In this document: piece after piece, positions 21,379 through 40,733 of the stretch | Numbering within the stretch: position 1 is the stretch's first letter | Layout: the number at the start of each line of letters is the position of its first letter | Assembly: GCF_009914755.1 (NCBI RefSeq) | Contig: NC_060948.1 | Strand: one strand, 5' to 3' | DNA: 64,000 nucleotides | Source of the DNA: the human T2T-CHM13v2.0 reference genome, Homo sapiens | Translations under genes and position numbers: made by a program | The notes under the pieces: generated by a model | The model's input: only the letters and a program-made list of their open reading frames with translations | The model's database searches: none | What the model was told of the DNA's origin: nothing

Positions 21379-23479
21379 AGATCCATATTTTTTAAATGAA
21401 AAAAAATTTCAAAGGTACTCTGCTTGGTACAATAATCAAATGTATAAACTGAGGAATAAAACATAACCATGAAACCTACTTATAACTGCATATGGAAAAT
21501 ACAGAGGATAATTTTTTAAATAACATATTTTGAAAGCCTTAACTAGTAATTTGAAGAGTTGGCATTTGAAAGGCCAGTATGAATATACCTTCAAAGCAGC
21601 AACACAGGTTCCCCGTGAGAAAAAGCAAACACAGGGAAAATAAAAACACAAAGGTTCAATCTCTTCTGACCTTTGAAAGACACAGCACAGACAGTGGTCC
21701 TTAGGACGAAGAGCAGGAGACCCCTAATTCCGTCACCATGGCGATAGGGCATAAACATTGCTGGGTGAGGGCACAATCCACATTGTGAGGTCCAACTGCT
21801 GCCAGGAAGACAGGAGTGCTTTTACATAGACCGAAAGGTCATTGAAGGCTCAGAGTTTTGTTTCAAGAACTGAATCCCAAGCCCACACGTTATTAGGCTG
21901 CGCTTCTTAAAACAAGTTATGAGATGGGAAAAAGGGCACCCACAAACATACGTATACATTATGTATATAATAATATACAGTATCATATATATAATATATA
22001 TAACCTATGTATAATATTGTTTTACATCCTGCATCTTATGTTATATGTATTGTATAAAATATAATAATTGATAATATATAAGTTTTATAATTATACAATA
22101 TGACATATAGTATATATTATAATTTATGACATACATAATATATGTTATAAGTCATATATAGAATATATTATACGGTTAATATACGTATTAAATATAAATT
22201 ATACATTATAGATATTATATATAATATATCTGTTATATATAATACCCATTATGCATAATATATATATTATGTCTATGTTATATATAGTATAAAACAACAT
22301 ATAATAATATATAATTGTATATATAAAATGCGACATATAATATATATTATATTTTATAACATATGAAATATATATTATATATTATATATAATACGTTGTA
22401 TGTATAATACCTATATTAAATATATATTATATGACTATGTTATTAATTACATGTCACATGTGTTATATATTATATATTTTACATAGAATATACCGTTTAC
22501 ATACAATATATACTATGTTACCTATAATGTATTATTTATTACATGTAAAATAAAGAATGCAATATATTATGTATAATTTATAATATACCATATGTGGAAT
22601 GTCATATATATAACATATAATATATGATATATGATATACAGTATATGATATATAACATACAATATATGATTCCTAATACATATGGTATACAATATATATT
22701 TTATGATATGTATTCTATATGTTTTATATTCTGTTATATATAACTATTTGAAATTATATATAACTGTATAATATTTTATGTAAATATGTAATATAATATA
22801 TATAACTATATAATATATTATATATAACTATATATTATGTTATATATACTTTTATAACATAATTTACATAAAATATCATAATATAATATATATTATATTA
22901 TTTCATATTACATAATATATATTACATATCACCCAATATAACTAACATACATAATATTATAATATAGATTATATTATGTTATATTAAATATCATCTATAT
23001 CATGTATCATATATTCTATAATATATATTACACATTATATAATATGTGTGTTGTCTATTATGTGATATATATAACTCTATATATAATTATATTTTTATAC
23101 ATATAACTAGATAAACATGTAATTCTACATATTTTCATTTATAATATGTAGAATTATATAATCATGTATAATTATATTGTATAAAAAATTTTATCATTAT
23201 ATAAATTATAATATATAAAAATTATAATATGTACTACAAATATATATATTATATATCATATATGATATAGTACCTTTGTTATATATCATAATACATATAA
23301 ATGTGTATTATGTTATCTATAATTATATAATTTCATATATAAGATGTATAATATGTATCATATATTATATATGTTATGTAATATATGTAGTATATATAAG
23401 ATGACACAGGATAAATATTATATACTATGACATATAAAATATATGAGGTTATATGTTACATATAAGGCATAGCACATAA

Positions 23480-23794
<315 letters not shown>

Positions 23795-25899
23795 AGATCC
23801 ATATTTTTTAAATGAAAAAAAATTTCAAAGGTACTCTGCTTGGTACAATAATCAAATGTATAAACTGAGGAATAAAACATAACCATGAAACCTACTTATA
23901 ACTGCATATGGAAAATACAGAGGATAATTTTTTAAATAACATATTATGAAAGCCTTAACTAGTAATTTGAAGAGCTGGCATTTGAAATGCCAGTATGAAT
24001 ATACCTTCAAAGCAGCAACACAGGTTCCCCATGAGAAAAAGCAAACACAGGGAAAATAAAAACACAAAGGTTCAATCTCTTCTGACCTTTGAAAGACACA
24101 GCACAGACAGTGGTCCTTAGGACGAAGAGCAGGAGACCCCTAATTCCGTCACCATGGCGATAGGGCATAAACATTGCTGGGTGAGGGCACAATCCACATT
24201 GTGAGGTCCAACTGCTGCCAGGAAGACAGGAGTGCTTTTACATAGACCGAAAGGTCATTGAAGGCTCAGAGTTTTGTTTCAAGAACTGAATCCCAAGCCC
24301 ACACGTTATTAGGCTGCACTTCTTAAAACAAGTTATGAGATGGGAAAAAGGGCACCCACAAACATACGTATACATTATGTATATAATAATATACAGTATC
24401 ATATATATAATATATATAACCTATGTATAATATTGTTTTACATCCTGCATCTTATGTTATATATATTGTATAAAATATAATAATTGATAATATATAAGTT
24501 TTATAATTATACAGTAAGACATATAGTATATATTATAATTTATGACATATGTAATATATGTTATAAGTCATATATAGAATATATTATACGGTTAATATAC
24601 GTATTAAATATAAATTATACATTATATATATTATATATAATATATCTGTTATATATAATACCCATTATGCATAATATATATATTATGTCTATGTTATATA
24701 TAGTATAAAACAACATATAATAATATATAAATGTATATATAAAATGCGACATATAATATATATTATATTTTATAACATATGTAATATATATTATATATTA
24801 TATATAATATGTTGTATGTATAATACCTATATTAAATATATATTATATGACTATGTTATTAATTACATGTCACATGTGTTATATATTATATATTTTACAT
24901 AGAATATACCGGTTACATACAACATATACTATGTTACCTATAATGTATAATTTATTATATGTAAAATAAAGAATGCAATATATTATGTATAATTTATAAT
25001 ATACCATATGTGGAATGTGATATATATAACATATAATATATGATATATGATATACAGTATATGATATATAACATACAATATATGATTCCTAATATATATC
25101 GTATACAATATATATTTTATGATATGTATTCTATATGTTTTATATTCTGTTATATATAACTATTTGAAATTATATATAACTCTATAATATTTTATGTAAA
25201 TATGTAATATAATATATATAACTATATAATATATTATATATAACTATATATTATATTATATATACTTTTATAACATAATTTACATAAAATATCATAATAT
25301 AATATATATTATATTATTTCATATTACATAATACATATTATATATCACCCAATATAACTAACATACATAATATTATAATATAGATTATATTATGTTATAT
25401 TAAATATCATATATATCATGTATCATATATTCTATAATATATATTACACATTATATAATATGTATGTTGTCTATTATGTGATATATATAACTATATATAT
25501 AATTATATTTTTATACATATAACTAGATAAACCTGTAATTCTACATATTTTCATTTATAATATGTAGAATTATATAATCATATATAATTATTTATATTCT
25601 ATAAAAAATTTTATCATTATATAAATTATAATATATAAAAATTATAATATGTACTACAAATATATATATTATATATCATATATGCTATAGTACCTTTGTT
25701 ATATATCATAATACATATAAATGTGTATTATGTTATCTATAATTATATAATTTCATATATAAGTTGTATAAAATGTATCATATATTATATATGTTATGTA
25801 ATATATATAGTATATATAAGATGACACAGGATAAATATTATATACTATGACATATAAAATATATGAGGTTATATGTTACATATAAGGCATAGCACATAA

Positions 25900-26214
<315 letters not shown>

Positions 26215-28319
26215 AGATCCATATTTTTTAAATGAAAAAAAATTTCAAAGGTACTCTGCTTGGTACAATAATCAAATGTATAAACTGAGGAATAAAACAT
26301 AACCATGAAACCTACTTATAACTGCATATGGAAAATACAGAGGATAATTTTTTAAATAACATATTTTGAAAGCCTTAACTAGTAATTTGAAGAGTTGGCA
26401 TTTGAAAGGCCAGTATGAATATACCTTCAAAGCAGCAACACAGGTTCCCCATGAGAAAAAGCAAACACAGGGAAAATAAAAACACAAAGGTTCAATCTCT
26501 TCTGACCTTTGAAAGACACAGCACAGACAGTGGTCCTTAGGACGAAGAGCAGGAGACCCCTAATTCCGTCACCATGGCGATAGGGCATAAACATTGCTGG
26601 GTGAGGGCACAATCCACATTGTGAGGTCCAACTGCTGCCAGGAAGACAGGAGTGCTTTTACATAGACCGAAAGGTCATTGAAGGCTCAGAGTTTTGTTTC
26701 AAGAACTGAATCCCAAGCCCACACGTTATTAGGCTGCGCTTCTTAAAACAAGTTATGAGATGGGAAAAAGGGCACCCACAAACATACGTATACATTATAT
26801 ATATAATAATATACAGTATCATATATATAATATATATAACCTATGTATAATATTGTTTTACATCCTGCATCTTATGTTATATATATTGTATAAAATATAA
26901 TAATTGATAATATATAAGTTTTATATTTATACAATATGACATATAATATATATTATAATTTATGACATATATAATATATGTTATATATCATATATAGAAT
27001 ATATTATACGGTTAATATACGTATTAAATATAAATTATACATTATATATATTATATATAATATATCTGTTATATATAATAACCATTATGCATAATATATA
27101 TATTATGTCTATGTTATATATAGTATAAAACAACATATAATAATATATAATTGTATATGTAAAATGCGACATATAATATATATTATATTTTATAACATAT
27201 GTAATATATATTATACATTATATATAATACGTTGTATGAATAATACCTATATTAAATATATATTATATGACTATGTTATTAATTACATGTCACATGTGTT
27301 ATATATTATATATTTTACATAGAATATACCGGTTGCATACAATATATACTATGTTACCTATAATGTATAATTTATTACATGTAAAATAAAGAATTCAATA
27401 TATTATGTATAATTTATAATATACAATATGTGGAATGTGATATATATAACATATAATATATGATATATGATATACAGTATATGATATATAACATACAATA
27501 TATGATTCCTATTATATATGGTATACAATATATATTTTATGATATGTATTGTATACGTTTTATATTCTGTTATATATAACTATTTGAAATTATATATAAC
27601 TGTATAATATTTTATGTAAATATGTAATATAATATATATAACTATATAATATATTATATAAAACTATATATTATGTTATATATACTTTTATAACATAATT
27701 TACATAAAATATCATAATATAATATATATTATATTATTTCATATTACATAATATATATTACATATCACCCAATGTAACTAACATACATAATATTATAATA
27801 TAGATTATATTGTGTTATATTAAATATCATATATATCATGTATCATATATTCTATAATATATAATACACATTATATAATATGTATGTTGTCTATTATGTG
27901 ATATATATAACTATATATATAATTATATTTTTATACATATAACTAGATAAACATGTAATTCTACATATTTTCATTTATAATATGTAGAATTATATAATCA
28001 TATATAATTATTAATATTCTATAAAAAATTTTATCATTATATAAATTATAATATATAAAAATTATAATATGTACTACAAATATATATATTATATATCATA
28101 TATGCTATAGTTCCTTTGTTATATATCATAATACATATAAATGTGTACTATGTTATCTATAATTATATAATTTCATATATAAGTTGTATAATATGTATCA
28201 TATATTATATATGTTATGTAATATATATAGTATATATAAGATGACACAGGATAAATATTATATACTATGACATATAAAATATATGAGGTTATATGTTACA
28301 TATAAGGCATAGCACATAA

Positions 28320-28634
<315 letters not shown>

Positions 28635-30761
28635 AGATCCATATTTTTTAAATGAAAAAAAATTTCAAAGGTACTCTGCTTGGTACAATAATCAAATGTA
28701 TAAACTGAGGAATAAAACATAACCATGAAACCTACTTATAACTGCATATGGAAAATACAGAGGATAATTTTTTAAATAACATATTTTGAAAGCCTTAACT
28801 AGTAATTTGAAGAGTTGGCATTTGAAAGGCCAATATGAATATACCTTCAAAGCAGCAACACAGGTTCCCCATGAGAAAAAGCAAACACAGGGAAAATAAA
28901 AACACAAAGGTTCAATCTCTTCTGACCTTTGAAAGACACAGCACAGACAGTGGTCCTTAGGACGAAGAGCAGGAGACCCCTAATTCCGTCACCATGGCGA
29001 TAGGGCATAAACATTGCTGGGTGAGGGCACAATCCACATTGTGAGGTCCAACTGCTGCCAGGAAGACAGGAGTGCTTTTACATAGACCGAAAGGTCATTG
29101 AAGGCTCAGAGTTTTGTTTCAAGAACTGAATCCCAAGCCCACACGTTATTAGGCTGCGCTTCTTAAAACAAGTTATGAGATGGGAAAAAGGGCACCCACA
29201 AACTTACGTATACATTATGTATATAATAATATACAGTATCATATATATAATATATATAACCTATGTATAATATTGTTTTACATCCTGCATCTTATGTTAT
29301 ATATATTGTATAAAATATAATAATTGATAATATATAAGTTTTATAATTATACAATATGACATATAGTATATATTATAATTTATGACATATATAATATATG
29401 TTATATGTCATATATAGAATATATTATACGGTTAACATACGTATTAAATATAAATTATACATTATATATATTATATATAATATATCTGTTATATATAATA
29501 CCCATTATGCATAATATATATATTATGTCTATGTTATATATAGTATAAAACAACATATAATAATATATAATTGTATATATAAAATGCGACATATAATATA
29601 TATTATATTTTATAACATATGTAATATATATTATATATTATATATAATACGTTGTATGTATAATACCTATATTAAATATATATTATATGACTATGTTATT
29701 AATTACATGTCACATGTGTTATATATTATATATTTTACATAGAATATACTGGTTACATACAATATATACTATGTTACCTATAATGTATAATTTATTACCT
29801 GTAAAATAAAGAATGCAATATATTATGTAAAATTTATAATATACCATATGTGGAATGTCATATATATAACATATAATATATGATATATGATATACAGTAT
29901 ATGATATATAACATACAATATATGATTCCTAATATATATGGTATACAATATATATTTTATGATATGTATTCTATATGTTTTATATTCTGTTATATATAAC
30001 TATTTGAAATTATATATAACTGTATAATATTTTATGTAAATATGTAATATAATATATATAATATATAATATATTATATATAACTACATATTATGTTATAT
30101 ATACTTTTATAACATAATTTACATAAAATATCATAATATAATATATATTATATTATTTCATATTACATAATATATATTACATATCACCCAATATAACTAA
30201 CATACATAATATTATAATATAGATTATATTATGTTATATTAAATATCATATATATCATGTATCATATATTCTATAATATATATTACACATTATATAATAT
30301 GTATGTTGTCTATTATGTGATATATATAACTATATATATAATTATATTTTTATACATATAACTAGATAAACATGTAATTCTACATATTTTCATTTCTAAT
30401 ATGTAGAATTATATAATCATATATAATTATTTATATTCTATAAAAAATTTTATCATTATATAAATTATAATATATAAAAATTATAATATGTACTACAAAT
30501 ATATATATTATATATCATATATGATATACTACCTTTGTTATATATCATAATACATATAAATGTGTATTATGTTATCTATAATTATATAATTTCATATATA
30601 AGATGTATAATATGTATCATATATTACATATGTTATGTAATATATATAGTATATATAAGATGACACAGGATAAATATTATATACTATGACATATAAAATA
30701 TATGAGGTTATATGTTACATATAAGGCATAGCACATAACATGTAATATATATCATATATAA

Positions 30762-31053
<292 letters not shown>

Positions 31054-33181
31054 AGATCCATATTTTTTAAATGAAAAAAAATTTCAAAGGTACTCTGCTT
31101 GGTACAATAATCAAATGTATAAACTGAGGAATAAAACATAACCATGAAACCTACTTATAACTGCATATGGAAAATACAGAGGATAATTTTTTAAATAACA
31201 TATTTTGAAAGCCTTAACTAGTAATTTGAAGAGTTGGCATTTGAAAGGCCAGTATGAATATACCTTCAAAGCAGCAACACAGGTTCCCCATGAGAAAAAG
31301 CAAACACAGGGAAAATAAAAACACAAAGGTTCAATCTCTTCTGACCTTTGAAAGACACAGCACAGACAGTGGTCCTTAGGACGAAGAGCAGGAGACCCCT
31401 AATTCCGTCACCATGGCGATAGGGCATAAACATTGCTGGGTGAGGGCACAATCCACATTGTGAGGTCCAACTGCTGCCAGGAAGACAGGAGTGCTTTTAG
31501 ATAGACCGAAAGGTCATTGAAGGCTCAGAGTTTTGTTTCAAGAACTGAATCCCAAGCCCACACGTTATTAGGCTGCACTTCTTAAAACAAGTTATGAGAT
31601 GGGAAAAAGGGCACCCACAAACATACGTATACATTATGTATATAATAATATACAGTATCATATATATAATATATATAACCTATGTATAATATTGTTTTAC
31701 ATCCTGCATCTTATGTTATATATATTGTATAAAATATAATAATTGATAATATATAAGTTTTATAATTATACAATATGACATATAGTATATATTATAATTT
31801 ATGACATATATAATATATGTTATATGTCGTATATAGAATATATTATACGGTTAATATACGTATTAAATATAAATTATACATTCTATATATTATATATAAT
31901 ATATCTGTTATATATAATACCCATTATGCATAATATATATATTATGTCTATGTTATATATAGTATAAAACAACATATAATAATATATAATTGTATATATA
32001 AAATGCGACATATAATATTTATTATATTTTATAACATATGAAATATATATTATATATTATATATAATACGTTGTATGTATAATACCTATATTAAATATAT
32101 ATTATATGACTATGTTATTAATTACATGTCACATGTGTTATATATTATATATTTTACATAGAATATACCGGTTACATACAATATATACTATGTTACCTAT
32201 AATGTATTATTTATTACATGTAAAATAAAGAATGCAATATATTATGTATAATTTATAATATACCATATGTGGAATGTCATATATATAACATATAATATAT
32301 GATATATGATATACAGTATATGATATATAACATACAATATATGATTCCTAATACATATGGTATACAATATATATTTTATGATATGTATTCTATATGTTTT
32401 ATATTCTGTTATATATAACTATTTGAAATTATATATAACTGTATAATATTTTATGTAAATATGTAATATAATATATATAACTATATAATATATTATATAT
32501 AACTATATATTATGTTATATATACTTTTATAACATAATTTACATAAAATATCATAATATAATATATATTATATTATTTCATATTACATAATATATATTAC
32601 ATATCACCCAATATAACTAACATACATAATATTATAATATAGATTATATTATGTTATATTAAATATCATCTATATCATGTATCATATATTCTATAATATA
32701 TATTACACATTATATAATATGTGTGTTGTCTGTTATGTGATATATATAACTCTATATATAATTATATTTTTATACATATAACTAGATAAACATGTAATTC
32801 TACATATTTTCATTTATAATATGTAGAATTATATAATCATATATAATTATTTATATTCTATAAAAAATTTTATCTTTATATAAATTATAATATATAAAAA
32901 TTATAATATGTACTACAAATATATATATTATATATCATATATGATATAGTACCTTTGTTATATATCATAATACATATAAATGTGTATTATGTTATCTATA
33001 ATTATATAATTTCATATATAAGATGTATAATATGTATCATATATTATATATGTTATGTAATATATGTAGTATATATAAGATGACACAGGATAAATATTAT
33101 ATACTATGACATATAAAATATATCAGGTTATATGTTACATATAAGGCATAGCACATAACATGTAATATATATCATATATAA

Positions 33182-33473
33182 TTTTTTTTTAGACAGAATC
33201 TTGTCCTGTTGCACAGGGTGGGGTACAATGGCGCCATCTTTGCTCACTGCAACTTCTGCCTCATGGGTCCAAGCGATTGTCCTCCCTCAGCCTCCCAGGT
33301 AGCTGGGACTACACCACACTGGGACTACACCAGCTGCCACCATGCCTAGCTAATTATTTGGATTTTTAGTAGTGACAGCCTTTCACTGTATTGGCCAGGA
33401 TGGTCTTGATCTCTTCACCTTGTGATCCCCTTGCCTTGGCCTCCAAATTTGCTGGGATTACAGGCCTGAGCCA
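33182..33473 (-). mobile_element. Alu copy within repeat unit
   Basis: Same motifs as 1739-2030. Confidence 0.95.
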
Positions 33474-35578
33474 AGATCCATATTTTTTAAATGAAAAAAA
33501 ATTTCAAAGGTACTCTGCTTGGTACAATAATCAAATGTATAAACTGAGGAATAAAACATAACCATGAAACCTACTTATAACTGCATATGGAAAATACAGA
33601 GGATAATTTTTTAAATAACATATTATGAAAGCCTTAACTAGTAATTTGAAGAGCTGGCATTTGAAAGGCCAGTATGAATATACCTTCAAAGCAGCAACAC
33701 AGGTTCCCCATGAGAAAAAGCAAACACAGGGAAAATAAAAACACAAAGGTTCAATCTCTTCTGACCTTTGAAAGACACAGCACAGACAGTGGTCCTTAGG
33801 ACGAAGAGCAGGAGACCCCTAATTCCGTCACCATGGCGATAGGGCATAAACATTGCTGGGTGAGGGCACAATCCACATTGTGAGGTCCAACTGCTGCCAG
33901 GAAGACAGGAGTGCTTTTACATAGACCGAAAGGTCATTGAAGGCTCAGAGTTTTGTTTCAAGAACTGAATCCCAAGCCCACACGTTATTAGGCTGCGCTT
34001 CTTAAAACAAGTTATGAGATGGGAAAAAGGGCACCCACAAACATACGTATACATTATGTATATAATAATATACAGTATCATATATATAATATATATAACC
34101 TATGTATAATATTGTTTTACATCCTGCATCTTATGTTATATATATTGTATAAAATATAATAATTGATAATATATAAGTTTTATAATTATACAATATGACA
34201 TATAGTATATATTATAATTTATGACATATATAATATATGTTATATGTCATATATAGAATATATTATACGGTTAATATACGTATTAAATATAAATTATACA
34301 TTCTATATATTATATATAATATATCTGTTATATATAATACCCATTATGCATAATATATATATTATGTCTATGTTATATATAGTATAAAACAACATATAAT
34401 AATATATAATTGTATATATGAAATGCGACATATAATATATATTATATTTTATAACATATGAAATATATATTATATATTATATATAATACGTTGTATGTAT
34501 AATACCTATATTAAATATATATTATATGACTATGTTATTAATTACATGTCACATGTGTTATATATTATATATTTTACATAGAATATACCGGTTACATACA
34601 ATATATACTATGTTACCTATAATGTATAATTTATTACATGTAAAATAAAGAATGCAATATATTATGTATAATTTATAATATACCATATGTGGAATGTGAT
34701 ATATATAACATATAATATATGATATATGATATACAGTATATGATATATAACATACAATATATGATTCCTAATACATATTGTATACAATATATATTTTATG
34801 ATATGTATTCTATATGTTTTATATTCTGTTATATATAACTATTTGAAATTATATATAACTGTATAATATTTTATGTAAATATGTAATATAATATATATAA
34901 CTATATAATATATTATATATAACTATATATTATGTTATATATACTTTTATAACATAATTTACATAAAATATCATAATATAATATATATTATATTATTTCA
35001 TATTACATAATATATATTACATATCACCCAATATAACTAACATACATAATATTATTATATAGATTATATTGTGTTATATTAAATATCATATATATCATGT
35101 ATCATATATTCTATAATATATATTACACATTATATAATATGTATGTTGTCTATTATGTGATATATATAACTATATATATAATTATATTTTTATACATATA
35201 ACTAGATAAACATGTAATTCTACATATTTTCATTTATAATATGTAGAATTATATAATCATATATAATTATTTATATTCTATAAAAAATTTTATCATTCTA
35301 TAAATTATAATATATAAAAATTATAATATGTACTACAAATATATATATTATATATCATATATGATATAGTACCTTTGTTATATATCATAATACATATAAA
35401 TGTGTATTATGTTATCTATAATTATATAATTTCATATATAAGATGTATAATATGTATCATATATTATATATGTTATGTAATATATATAGTATATATAAGA
35501 TGACACAGGATAAATATTATATACTATGACATATAAAATATATGAGGTTATATGTTACATATAAGGCATAGCACATAA

Positions 35579-35893
<315 letters not shown>

Positions 35894-37998
35894 AGATCCA
35901 TATTTCTTAAATGAAAAAAAATTTCAAAGGTACTCTGCTTGGTACAATAATCAAATGTATAAACTGAGGAATAAAACATAACCATGAAACCTACTTATCA
36001 CTGCATATGGAAAATACAGAGGATAATTTTCTAAATAACATATTTTGAAAGCCTTAACTAGTAATTTGAAGAGTTGGCATTTGAAAGGCCAGTATGAATA
36101 TACCTTCAAAGCAGCAACACAGGTTCCCCGTGAGAAAAAGCAAACACAGGGAAAATAAAAACACAAAGGTTCAATCTCTTCTGACCTTTGCAAGACACAG
36201 CACAGACAGTGGTCCTTAGGACTAAGAGCAGGAGACCCCTAATTCCGTCACCATGGCGATAGGGCATAAACATTGCTGGGTGAGGGCACAATCCACATTG
36301 TGAGGTCCAACTGCTGCCAGGAAGACAGGAGTGCTTTTACATAGACCGAAAGGTCATGGAAGGCTCAGAGTTTTGTTTCAAGAACTGAATCCCAAGCCCA
36401 CACGTTATTAGGCTGCGCTTCTTAAAACAAGTTATGAGATGGGAAAAAGGGCACCCACAAACATACGTATACATTATGTATATAATAATATACAGTATCA
36501 TATATATAATATATATAACCTATGTATAATATTGTTTTACATCCTGCATCTTATGTTATATATATTGTATAAAATATAATAATTGATAATATATAAGTTT
36601 TATAAGTATACAATATGACATATAGTATATATTATAATTTATGACATATATAATATATGTTATATGTCATATATAGAATATATTATACGGTTAACATACG
36701 TATTAAATATAAATTATACATTGTATATATTATATATAATATATCTGTTATATATAATACCCATTATGCATAATATATATATTATGTCTATGCTATATAT
36801 AGTATAAAACAACATATCATAATATATAATTGTATATATAAAATGCGACATATAATATATATTATATTTTATAACATATGTAATATATATTATATATTAT
36901 ATATAATACGTTGTATGTATAATACCTATATTAAATATATATTATATGACTATGTTATTAATTACATGTCACATGTGTTATATATTATATATTTTACATA
37001 GAATATACCGGTTACATACAATATATACTATGTTACCTATAATGCATAATTTATTACCTGTAAAATAAAGAATGAAATATATTATGTAAAATTTATAATA
37101 TACCATATGTGGAATGTCATATATTTAACATATAATATATGATATATGATATACAGTATATGATATATAACATACAATATATGATTCCTAATATATATGG
37201 TATACAATATATATTTTATGATATGTATTCTATATGTTTTATATTCTGTTATATATAACTATTTGAAATTATATATAACTGTATAATATTTTATGTAAAT
37301 ATGTAATATAATATATATAACTATATAATATATTATATATAACTATATATTATGTTATATATACTTTTATAACATAATTTACATAAAATATCATAATATA
37401 ATATATATTATATTATTTCATATTACATAATATATATTACATATCACCCAATATAACTAACATACATAATATTATAATATACATTATATTGTGTTATATT
37501 AAATATCATATATATCATGTATCATATATTCTATAATATATATTACACACTATATAATATGTATGTTGTCTATTATGTGATATATATAACTCTATATATA
37601 ATTATATTTTTATACATATAACTAGATAAACATGTAATTCTACATATTTTCATTTATAATATGTAGAATTATATAATCATATATAATTATTTATATGCTA
37701 TAAAAAATTTTATCATTATATAAATTATAATATATAAAAATTATAATATGTACTACAAATATATATATTATATATCATATATGATATAGTACCTTTGTTA
37801 TATATCATAATACATATAAATGTGTATTATGTTATCTATAATTATATAATTTCATATATAAGATGTATAATATGTATCATATATTATATATGTTATGTAA
37901 TATATATAGTATATATAAGATGACACAGGATAAATATTATATACTATGACATATAAAATATATGAGGTTATATGTTACATATAAGGCATAGCACATAA

Positions 37999-38313
<315 letters not shown>

Positions 38314-40418
38314 AGATCCATATTTTTTAAATGAAAAAAAATTTCAAAGGTACTCTGCTTGGTACAATAATCAAATGTATAAACTGAGGAATAAAACATA
38401 ACCATGAAACCTACTTATAACTGCATATGGAAAATACAGAGGATAATTTTTTAAATAACATATTTTGAAAGCCTTAACTAGTAATTTGAAGAGTTGGCAT
38501 TTGAAAGCCCAGTATGAATATACCTTCAAAGCAGCAACACAGGTTCCCCATGAGAAAAAGCAAACACAGGGAAAATAAAAACACAAAGGTTCAATCTCTT
38601 CTGACCTTTGAAAGACACAGCACAGACAGTGGTCCTTAGGACGAAGAGCAGGAGACCCCTAATTCCGTCACCATGGCGATAGGGCATAAACATTGCTGGG
38701 TGAGGGCACAATCCACATTGTGAGGTCCAACTGCTGCCAGGAAGACAGGAGTGCTTTTACATAGACCGAAAGGTCATTGAAGGCTCAGAGTTTTGTTTCA
38801 AGAACTGAATCCCAAGCCCACACGTTATTAGGCTGCGCTTCTTAAAACAAGTTATGAGATGGGAAAAAGGGCACCCACAAACATACGTATACATTATGTA
38901 TATAATAATATACAGTATCATATATATAATATATATAACCTATGTATAATATTGTTTTACATGCTGCATCTTATGTTATATATATTGAATAAAATATAAT
39001 AATTGATAATATATAAGTTTTATAATTATACAATATGACATATAGTATATATTATAATTTATGACATATATAATATATGTTATATGTCATATATAGAATA
39101 TATTATACGGTTAACATACGTATTAAATATAAATTATACATTGTATATATTATATATAATATATCTGTTATATATAATACCCATTATGCATAATATATAT
39201 ATTATGTCTATGTTATATATAGTATAAAACAACATATAATAATATATAATTGTATATATAAAATGCGACATATAATATATATTATATTTTATAACATATG
39301 TAATATATATTATATATTATATATAATACGTTGTATGTATAATACCTATATTAAATATATATTATATGACTATGTTATTAATTACATGTCACATGTGTTA
39401 TATATTATATATTTTACATAGAATATACCGGTTACATACAATATATACTATGTTACCTATAATGTATAATTTATTACCTGTAAAATAAAGAATGCAATAT
39501 ATTATGTAAAATTTATAATATACCATATGTGGAATGTCATATATATAACATATAATATATGATATATGATATACAGTATATGATATATAACATACAATAT
39601 ATGATTCCTAATATATATGGTATACAATATATATTTTATGATATGTATTCTATATGTTTTATATTCTGTTATATATAACTATTTGAAATTATATATAACT
39701 GTATAATATTTTACGTAAATATGTAATATAATATATATAACTATATAATATATTATATATAACTATATATTATGTTATATATACTTTTATAACATAATTT
39801 ACATAAAATATCATAATATAATATATATTATATTATTTCATATTACATAATATATATTACATATCACCCAATATAACTAACATACATAATATTATAATAT
39901 AGATTATATTGTGTTATATTAAATATCATATATATCATGTATCATATATTCTATAATATATATTACACACTATATAATATGTATGTTGTCTATTATGTGA
40001 TATATATAACTATATATATAATTATATTTTTATACATATAACTAGATAAACATGTAATTCTACATATTTTCATTTATAATATGTAGAATTATATAATCAT
40101 ATATAATTATTTATATTCTATAAAAAATTTTATCATTATATAAATTATATTATATAAAAATTATAATATGTACTACAAATATATATATTATATATCATAT
40201 ATGATATAGTACCTTTGTTATATATCATAATACATATAAATGTGTATTATGTTATCTATAATTATATAATTTCATATATAAGATGTATAATATGTATCAT
40301 ATATTATATATGTTATGTAATATATATAGTATATATAAGATGACACAGGATAAATATTATATACTATGACATATAAAATATATGAGGTTATATGTTACAT
40401 ATAAGGCATAGCACATAA

Positions 40419-40733
<315 letters not shown>
